Part shown: piece by piece, positions 60,301 through 64,000 of the stretch
Layout of the letters: every line of letters starts with the position of its first letter
How positions within the stretch are numbered: position 1 is the first letter of the stretch
Origin: Tubiluchus corallicola
Lineage: Eukaryota; Animalia; Priapulida
Assembly (NCBI GenBank): GCA_030141605.1
Contig: JAQGDQ010000424.1
Location: 62,001-126,000, forward strand
Direction: 5' to 3'
Length of the DNA: 64,000 nucleotides
Made by a program: the position numbers and the translations under genes
Notes under the pieces: model-generated
Seen by the model: only the letters and a program-made list of their open reading frames with translations
The model's database searches: none
Told to the model about the DNA's origin: nothing

Positions 60301-61780
60301 ATTTAAATTAGCAAACAAAACGGAAAATTTCAACTCATCAAAAACAAAACTAATAATTACATATAAATCAAAAACTCAAACCAACGTAAGAAGCAAAAAA
60401 AGTCTTTAAATTGAATTTTACTAATATGGTAATTCATTGTGTTGCTTGTTTTCAGTATGGTAACGACATAGATCTGAAACCCATGGGCAGCCGTCAAATG
60501 CACAAACAATCATTTACAGTGCACAAGGGTACGGAAGCAACGGGAGATATACTCTTCATGGAGGTAAGATAGCAAATTATGAGTTATATAAATGTGAGTT
60601 ATGGCAAGAATAATTATTTCAATAATAGACTATTTCCTAAGTTTTTTGCAATTCCTGTCAAATTGACATCTAAGAGACATAATACAAGATATAATCAATA
60701 CATTGTGCCTTTGTGTAGAATCAACATAGCTAAACATTTTATAATATTTCAAGAACCAAAAGTCTTGAATGAGATTTGTCAATCTGCAAAAAATAGCAGA
60801 TCTATTACTAGGTTTAAAAAATGCTAAAAAATCAAATTTTAAGTAAGTATCAGTGAGTAATCAAAACTTCTATCAGTATCCATCCTCACAGTGGTGGCAA
60901 AACAGTGGTGTTATCTTAATCAAGTTATCCTAATTTTACATAATATTAACAAATAATAGTCTTTTATCTTTTATACCATCTCATATATGAACTTCATTCA
61001 TTATATCATTCCATTCTGTAGCACCAATGTTTTCTTTATCACACGATTCACTTCAAATTTTCAGATAATTTTCATTACTTTTTTTTCTTTCACTATGAAG
61101 GACAATCTAACAAGCCCTGCTTTTTGATTGCCCGCAACACATTTACATTTGTATATAGGTGAACAGTGTTTGAGGCTTTTCTAGTGCAGAAACAATAAAA
61201 CTTATTTGTATCATGTTTATTGTAGGCCCTTTGACTAGATATTGTACATGAAACCATTGTAAATGTGTAATGTGAAATAAATGACTTATGAGTTATGACT
61301 AAGAGAATGTTTTAAATTGTTCAGAATTGGTCAGGAGCTCAAGTGCCCATCTAGCATCACTTACACGGATAATGAAGTTAGTGTTTGTGAATTTTGTTGG
61401 ATGAATTTGCAAAAGGAACTGATCGAATTGCAACGTTTTCGAAACCAAAGCTGTGCTGACCATTCCTGACCATAAGATTTATTTCCATGTTTACTTTTGG
61501 TACCTGATTTAATCAATAAAAAGTCTTACATGGAGAAATCGAAAAAGGACAGCGTTTCAGCCTTTGTTTTTTAAACTTTTTGTCTTTTTTAATTTAGTTT
61601 TTTCGGTGTTTTTAGGTATGTGATGATGCAATCATACTACGCAGTATCTCCGGACTTATCACGGAACGCTGGTGGTATGAGCGACTAGTCAATATAACTT
61701 TTAGTCCAAAAACAAAGGTGCTATGCTTGTGGCGACGTCAGGGCGGGGAGACTAAACTTGACAAGTTCTACACGAAAAAG
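12283..61780 (+). CDS. MADD: MAP kinase-activating death domain protein / Rab3-Rab27 GDP-GTP exchange factor (AEX-3 orthologue); partial gene model, 22 exons, 4566 coding nt, both ends outside window
   Basis: Translated exons match remembered MADD blocks: [160 protein letters not shown]. All introns are GT-AG and phases are consistent end to end. Confidence 0.96.
12756..13418. repeat. About 183-bp tandem repeat (3.7 copies) containing a MITE terminus
   Basis: tagttatcacccgtaattctgcagac at 12756, 12940, 13123 and 13293. Confidence 0.93.
13978..14091 (+). CDS. MADD: MADD exon B (DENN domain)
   Basis: cactag|TTA ... AAG|gtaggt; [38 protein letters not shown]; phase 0-0; not in ORF track. Confidence 0.95.
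14101..15414. repeat. 47-bp minisatellite, about 28 copies
   Basis: Unit aaacacatcgccatggagatgaatatcttctatgcattgcatctgat; starts 9 nt after the exon B donor. Confidence 0.97.
15585..15820. repeat. 34-bp tandem repeat, 7 copies, with GC-box and CRE-like motifs
   Basis: ccgccc at 15593, 15627, 15661, 15695, 15729, 15763 and 15797, each followed by tgatgacgt or a variant. Confidence 0.92.
16159..16520. mobile_element. Possible MITE with internal ~47-bp subrepeats
   Basis: Inverted gcaagttttct / agaaaacttgc; three cagcaaa(c/t)tcgcaaatgtgagc units; no TSD identified. Confidence 0.45.
17535..17640 (-). mobile_element. tRNA-derived SINE 5' part (Meta-domain-like)
   Basis: Minus strand tagctcaatggtag ... 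ggttcaactcc ... gtcataccaaagacatgaaaaatggtacc; related to 55965-56095. Confidence 0.72.
17746..18000 (+). CDS. MADD: MADD exon C
   Basis: tttcag|ATT ... ATG|gtaagt; [14 protein letters not shown]...LKQALASMS...[21 protein letters not shown]; phase 0-0. Confidence 0.95.
18086..18692 (-). mobile_element. piggyBac-like MITE, family C
   Basis: TTAA|ccctttcactacg ... cgtggtgaaaggg|TTAA; internal (CA)n; copies at 30207 and 46196. Confidence 0.9.
19277..20381 (-). mobile_element. Kolobok-like MITE, family B, diverged copy interrupted by a hAT MITE
   Basis: Ends aaatcatcctgctttcct|TTAA; homology to family B continues on both sides of 19344-19842; left boundary uncertain. Confidence 0.72.
19344..19842. 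mobile_element. hAT (Charlie-like) MITE
   Basis: 16-bp perfect TIR caggggtgtgcaaatt / aatttgcacacccctg; perfect 8-bp TSD GTTTATGT; subterminal gcggccc motifs. Confidence 0.95.
21340..21510 (-). mobile_element. Internal fragment related to the 40169-40608 MITE
   Basis: Reverse complement of about 40330-40510 (gatgtaaacaaagtgac.gcctgccaactagc). Confidence 0.7.
22690..23020 (+). pseudogene. RTE-clade LINE ORF2 fragment
   Basis: [19 protein letters not shown]...[13 protein letters not shown]...[12 protein letters not shown], the Y.SETW and RLRWLGH motifs downstream of the RT domain. Confidence 0.85.
23268..23493 (+). CDS. MADD: MADD exon D (dDENN domain)
   Basis: tttcag|GTA ... ACA G|gtacgt; [31 protein letters not shown]...AFQRVHT; phase 0-1. 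Confidence 0.95.
23572..24838. repeat. 27-bp minisatellite, about 47 copies
   Basis: Unit tttgtatatctgttttgtggcacatgg; source of all 9-aa-period ORFs. Confidence 0.97.
24900..25110 (+). mobile_element. Unclassified interspersed repeat (family F)
   Basis: gtcctatatatttagcatt...catttgaccaaa...tactttgaag is shared with about 48330-48530. Confidence 0.7.
25150..25335 (+). pseudogene. Tc1/mariner transposase C-terminal remnant
   Basis: [18 protein letters not shown] resembles the SPDLNP.D...W..LK.KVY motif; second copy at 39826. Confidence 0.62.
26390..26947 (+). mobile_element. Kolobok-like MITE, family B
   Basis: aggaagacaggatgattttt ... gggtccagttttgct; mutated TTAA flanks. Confidence 0.8.
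27151..27294 (+). CDS. MADD: MADD exon E
   Basis: tcacag|GT ... ACA G|gtgaaa; (G)[18 protein letters not shown]...WEEENT; phase 1-1. Confidence 0.93.
27450..29336. repeat. 32-bp minisatellite, about 59 copies
   Basis: Unit ttgtctgt(g/a)aagtgagata(g/a)cta(a/g)ttgcctca. Confidence 0.97.
29526..29636 (+). CDS. MADD: MADD exon F
   Basis: ctctag|AC ... CCA G|gtaatt; (D)[36 protein letters not shown], like human [25 protein letters not shown]; phase 1-1. Confidence 0.93.
30207..30712 (+). mobile_element. piggyBac-like MITE, family C, internally deleted
   Basis: TTAA|ccctttcactacgg ... tgaaaggg|TTAA. Confidence 0.9.
30830..31086 (+). CDS. MADD: MADD exon G (Ser-rich linker); alternative in-frame acceptor at 30806
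   Basis: ttacag|TT ... CGC|gtaagt; (V)[23 protein letters not shown]...SSLSSPSF...RATR; phase 1-0. Confidence 0.88.
31552..32094. mobile_element. Kolobok-like MITE
   Basis: About 25-bp imperfect TIR aggaaaaccggatgattgtttagac / gtttacacaatcgtctggttttcct followed by TTAA; left TSD mutated. Confidence 0.78.
33148..33284 (+). CDS. MADD: MADD exon H (Ser-rich linker)
   Basis: ttgcag|ACG ... TCC GG|gtgagt; [45 protein letters not shown]; GC-rich island; phase 0-2 bridges exons G and I. Confidence 0.82.
33401..33941 (+). mobile_element. Kolobok-like MITE, family B, 3' truncated
   Basis: TTAA|aggaagacaggatgattttt; homology stops after aattctttcgcgtaa. Confidence 0.8.
34774..35440. repeat. 60-bp tandem repeat, 11 copies, with open reading frames
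   Basis: Unit gctgaagctgagtcagttgctactacatcagctgactcacacagtaaatcagctagctcg. Confidence 0.96.
36137..36366 (+). CDS. MADD: MADD exon I (linker)
   Basis: acatag|T ... GGT G|gtgagt; [12 protein letters not shown]...[26 protein letters not shown]; phase 2-1. Confidence 0.83.
36885..37192. repeat. 50-bp tandem repeat, about 6 copies
   Basis: gtgtcatgttgtaatacaaattctctgg at 36896, 36946 and onward. Confidence 0.93.
37622..38204. mobile_element. hAT-like MITE
   Basis: 13-bp TIR cagtggcggctcg / cgagccgccactg; no intact TSD. Confidence 0.7.
38330..38528 (+). CDS. MADD: MADD exon J
   Basis: ttttag|GT ... CAA AG|gtttga; SPSPRQVP...[21 protein letters not shown]...; phase 1-2. Confidence 0.85.
38738..38900 (+). 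mobile_element. Left part of a Kolobok-like MITE related to 53385-53841
   Basis: TTAA|aggacaagaaaa and shared tttgttttcattttaaa. Confidence 0.65.
39826..40020 (+). pseudogene. Tc1/mariner transposase C-terminal remnant, second copy
   Basis: [17 protein letters not shown]; nucleotide similarity to 25160-25260. Confidence 0.6.
40169..40608. mobile_element. TA-flanked MITE
   Basis: About 23-bp TIR ctctcatatctcggtttgtcgga / tccggaaaaccgagatatgagtg with TA on both sides. Confidence 0.8.
40927..41116 (+). CDS. MADD: MADD exon K
   Basis: tttcag|C ... GTG|gtgagt; (S)[34 protein letters not shown]...FIECV; phase 2-0. Confidence 0.95.
41098..41978. repeat. 45-bp minisatellite, about 19.5 copies, overlapping the exon K 3' end and donor
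   Basis: Unit cgatttcattgaatgtgtg|gtgagttgagtaatgtaacaagtaaa; the first copy is the real exon-intron junction. Confidence 0.97.
42831..42944 (+). CDS. MADD: MADD exon L
   Basis: ttacag|CCT ... CAG|gtaagt; [38 protein letters not shown]; phase 0-0. Confidence 0.94.
43668..44108 (+). mobile_element. Tigger/pogo-like MITE, family A, 3' truncated
   Basis: TA|cagggttccctcgctacttcgcgg; colinear with 1212-1630. Confidence 0.85.
44297..44404 (+). CDS. MADD: MADD exon M
   Basis: acctag|GTG ... CAG|gtgagt; [36 protein letters not shown], like human LLEIAQTHYYSKE; phase 0-0. Confidence 0.92.
44440..44800 (+). mobile_element. hAT-like MITE family D (gaattcgaa-rich), diverged copy
   Basis: Similar to 58918-59310 (aattcgagttcgattc, gtgatttctg.gcacaatttt, gtggtttt..ctgca). 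Confidence 0.68.
45482..45849 (+). mobile_element. Tigger/pogo-like MITE, family A, internally deleted
   Basis: TA|cggtgttccctcgc ... taagtgagggaacactg|TA. Confidence 0.87.
46196..46827 (+). mobile_element. piggyBac-like MITE, family C
   Basis: ttag|ccctttcactac ... cgtagtgaaaggg|TTAA. Confidence 0.88.
46905..47010 (+). CDS. MADD: MADD exon N (linker)
   Basis: Strong pyrimidine tract, ctgcag|TTA ... TTG G|gtaatt; [35 protein letters not shown]; phase 0-1. Confidence 0.8.
47887..48270 (+). mobile_element. Unclassified interspersed repeat (family E)
   Basis: Inverted copy at 57985-58330 (gatcattttgataccaagttc; gaagttatgtttaaatccagtagatggctcttc). Confidence 0.8.
49031..49240. repeat. 92-bp tandem duplication, about 2.3 copies
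   Basis: aggttttccgaagtgtctaaaaatgtagg at 49031 and 49123, partial third copy near 49216. Confidence 0.88.
49486..49772 (+). mobile_element. Tigger-like MITE, family H, nested in the 47515-49866 element
   Basis: TA|caataagtcctcgcttaac ... gttaagtgaggacttactg|TA. Confidence 0.85.
49944..50969 (+). CDS. MADD: MADD exon O: large 1026-nt symmetric (phase 1-1) exon with 11-mer and 14-mer peptide repeats; probable cassette or alternative terminal exon
   Basis: gccaag|GT ... AGG G|gtatgt inside the 355-codon ORF 49925-50992; GC-rich coding-like composition; phase fits exons N and P; acceptor is a weak AAG. Confidence 0.78.
53004..53181 (+). CDS. MADD: MADD exon P (Pro-rich)
   Basis: ttttag|AC ... 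GCC AG|gtaaag; (D)SKEFRERG...[11 protein letters not shown]...; phase 1-2. Confidence 0.82.
53385..53841. mobile_element. Kolobok-like MITE
   Basis: TTAA|aggacaagaaaa ... ttttcttgtcct|TTAA; 12-bp perfect TIR. Confidence 0.88.
53903..54575 (+). mobile_element. Tigger-like MITE, family H, longer copy
   Basis: TA|tagtaagtcctcgctta ... gatgacttactg|TA; colinear with 49486-49772 at both ends. Confidence 0.8.
54704..54836 (+). CDS. MADD: MADD exon Q
   Basis: ttacag|G ... CAG|gtaaac; [44 protein letters not shown]; phase 2-0. Confidence 0.82.
54848..54915. repeat. 28-bp tandem repeat, about 2.5 copies
   Basis: gctgatttatgatctgaatgttg(a/c)agag, starting 11 nt after the exon Q donor. Confidence 0.85.
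55743..55868 (+). CDS. MADD: MADD exon R
   Basis: atttag|CTG ... GAG|gtaact; [14 protein letters not shown]...[12 protein letters not shown]; phase 0-0. Confidence 0.84.
55965..56095 (+). mobile_element. tRNA-derived SINE 5' part (Meta-domain-like)
   Basis: gtctagtggta ... gagttcgatac ... ggtaataccaaagactttaaaaatggtacctgctgttgccctgcc. Confidence 0.72.
57081..57249 (+). CDS. MADD: MADD exon S; alternative in-frame donor at 57240
   Basis: ttctag|GCG ... GTA G|gtaagt; ...[42 protein letters not shown], like human RVYLYEGLLG; phase 0-1. Confidence 0.9.
57985..58330 (-). mobile_element. Unclassified interspersed repeat (family E), reverse copy
   Basis: Reverse complement of 47887-48270. Confidence 0.8.
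58529..58866 (+). CDS. MADD: MADD exon T (death-domain-like region)
   Basis: gtacag|AT ... CTG|gtaagt; [41 protein letters not shown]...[10 protein letters not shown]...LLGRSHIGL; phase 1-0. Confidence 0.96.
58918..59310 (+). mobile_element. hAT-like MITE, family D
   Basis: TIR tgggggtgagca / tgctcatcccta; perfect 8-bp TSD GTTGTGTG; many ttcgaa subterminal motifs. Confidence 0.9.
60456..60563 (+). CDS. MADD: MADD exon U
   Basis: tttcag|TAT ... GAG|gtaaga; [36 protein letters not shown]; phase 0-0. Confidence 0.95.
60588..61285 (+). mobile_element. 5'-truncated CR1/L2-group LINE
   Basis: [14 protein letters not shown]...[13 protein letters not shown]...SITRFKK resembles an ORF2 C-terminus; AT-rich 3' UTR with AATAAA; TTATGAGTTAT at both ends (60577-60587 and 61286-61296) may be the TSD. 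Confidence 0.72.
61616..61780 (+). CDS. MADD: MADD exon V
   Basis: ttttag|GTA ... AAG|gtagga; [55 protein letters not shown]; phase 0-0. Confidence 0.96.
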
Positions 61781-61820
61781 GTAGGAGAAAGTTCTACTTC
61801 TGCTAGTCGAAGCTTGTAAC

Positions 61821-62188
61821 TAGAGGGGTGATCATTCACTACCACAAAGCGAATTCGAATCGAACTGAACGTCAGTAGTTCGTATTCGAATTGAGTTTGA
61901 CAGATTTTCGAACAAGTTTTCGAACCGGCAGTAAAAAGTGATCTCACAAAGATCATGCATATTGCTCGATTTTGTTCTGCAGTAAAACCACTGATAATTT
62001 TTTTAAAAATTGTGCACAGAAATCACAGCTAAACTGTGCTAATTGCATGACCTTTCAAATGTTTTGATGATAAAGAACGAATGCGGTTGAAGTGCTGAAT
62101 TATTCGAATCTATAGTTTTAGGTTCGAATCGATTTCGAACTAAAAAAACTCGTTTGAATCAAATGTGAACATTCGATTCTCACCCCTA
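61821..62188 (-). mobile_element. hAT-like MITE, family D, reverse copy
   Basis: Reverse complement of 58918-59310; ends ctcaccccta; degenerate TSD cttgtaac / tttgcgac. Confidence 0.87.
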
Positions 62189-63109
62189 TTTGCGACCTTG
62201 CTGGCCATGGGCCTTATATGGAGATTAAATTTAAATTTGCGCAATTTTATTAAACTGAAAACCGTTTCTAGACCTCTTCTGAAGGCTTAGTTAATTAGGT
62301 AAACATTTCTCGAAGGCTCTAAGCACTGTAAATTCGGTTTTGTATAAAGCACATTTGTGTGTTTGAGTAACCACATGCTGTCATCTCCGCTGTCTCAAGC
62401 CATAATGTTTGGAAAAAAATCAATACATTCAACAACAAACAAAAAAGAGAGGCACTAATGAACCCAGTTGACAAAAGAACAATAGCATCTTTAAATCGGG
62501 TGTAGCCAGATTTGAACACTTTTTCACTACTAGGTGGAGCCGCCGCCTTCAATTGCTCGCTATATCAAATCGGAACAAAGTCATTCATTGCTTACGATAG
62601 CAGCGTGACGAATTTGCGCATTGCATTCAATTTCAAATCAAGAAATCGATATCATTGGCAAAAAAGCTATCCCCTCGAAAGAACAGATGGAAATGTGAAA
62701 GTTGTGCACAGACCTGCTTCTATATTAAATTACTTTTCTGTTTTCGTTTCTCAGAGATCTTGCGTTATAAACACGAGACAGTAAATTTTGACTTCCTGAT
62801 GTTCACTATTGGTGTCGAGAACAAGGATAAAATTGTTTTTATTTTTCGTTTAATGCATTAGACTGAATATTTTTATCTGAAGTTTGTTCTAGAAAAGTAT
62901 TATTAGTGTTTGATGTCCATTGTCATGTCACCTGTATATATTTGTAAATAAAAGCAATAAACAAATGAGCTAAAACATCTTGATGCACTTATTTACATTA
63001 TCACTTCATAACATACAATCTGTAAATATATAAGTGTTAGTTGACGTCACAACATGTTACAATTCAACATTTAATCTTGGGAATTTCTACCCCGACACCT
63101 ACAGTGTCT

Positions 63110-63575
63110 TTATTAAGTTAAGAGAAAGATTTGCCTCTAAATGTGAGGAAAACTAACTTTCCTTTAACTACAGTTAGTACATATCAAGTTAAGAGACAGT
63201 TTTGCCTCTAAATGTGGGGAAAACTAACTTTCCTTAGTAACTGTACGTACTAAGTTTAGAGATAGCTTTACCTCTAAATGTGGGGAAAACTTTACTTCCC
63301 TTTAACTACAGTTAGTACATATTAAGTTTAGAGATAGCTTTGTCTCTAAACGTGGGGAAAACTAACTTCCCTTTAACTACAGTTAGTACATATTAAGTTT
63401 AGAGATAGCTTTGTCTCTAAACGTGGGGAAAACTAACTTCCCTTTAACTACTGTTAGTACATATTAAGTTTAGAGATAGCTTTGCCTCTTAATGTGGGGA
63501 AAACATTACTTCCCTTTAACTACTGTTAGTACATATTAAGCTAAGAGATAGCTTTGCCTCTTAATGTGGGGAAAG
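63110..63575. repeat. About 71-bp tandem repeat, about 6.5 copies
   Basis: Unit attaagtttagagatagctttgtctctaaacgtggggaaaactaacttccctttaactacagttagtacat. Confidence 0.93.
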
Positions 63576-64000
63576 ACCTGCCCCGTCAACTTTCACGCCT
63601 GTCAGGTCTTTCCCAAAGAGTTATTTCCTGCTTTGGACTTTATACCAGGCCTATTCATTAAACAATTACACGGTTAATAATGCGATAAGACAGGTTTCCT
63701 ATCTACATACTTGTACAATAAAACTACAGAAGTAATTATGTACTCTTTCTTTAAGTGCTTCATACAGTTATTTATACATAGCAAATAGTAATTTGCTTAC
63801 TTCGGTAATGAGTTTCCGGCGGGAGTCATTAAGTGACGACTTATTGTACCTCGAGTCATTTATACCTGCTAACTTGGGCTTCACTCTGAAGTTATAAATT
63901 TGATCTTTATATCATATTTTCAATATATAGAGCCTATGTAATCATAGTGCTGTATGCCCGTCTTATTAATTATATGATAATCTGTGTCATAAGTGTTTAT

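Overview
AT-rich, intron-rich animal genomic DNA, probably from a bilaterian invertebrate (taxon is inference). One + strand gene fills the window: MADD / Rab3-Rab27 GEF (Rab3GEP, AEX-3, DENN/IG20). I reconstructed 22 consecutive GT-AG exons between 12283 and 61780. Their splice phases chain without a break and give 4566 nt, or 1522 codons. They run from the core DENN domain ([11 protein letters not shown]...) through dDENN, a long Ser-rich linker and the death-domain-like region to FYTKK. The 5' and 3' ends of the gene lie outside the window. The introns hold many non-autonomous DNA transposons (Tigger/Tc1-, piggyBac-, Kolobok- and hAT-like), SINE and LINE fragments, and homogeneous minisatellites. 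Most long ORFs in the supplied track are by-products of these repeats. The most unusual observations are: (1) a 45-bp minisatellite that copies an exon end plus its 5' splice site 20 times, with an in-frame stop behind the first donor; (2) a 1026-nt frame-symmetric exon encoding 8 amphipathic 11-mer repeats, which I do not recognise from known MADD proteins; (3) a 62-bp array carrying about 14 perfect AG|GTAAGT motifs; (4) a 60-bp array open in three frames with mostly silent variation; (5) repeats and insertions clustered just downstream of splice donors; (6) inverted MITE pairs bracketing frame-preserving exon blocks.
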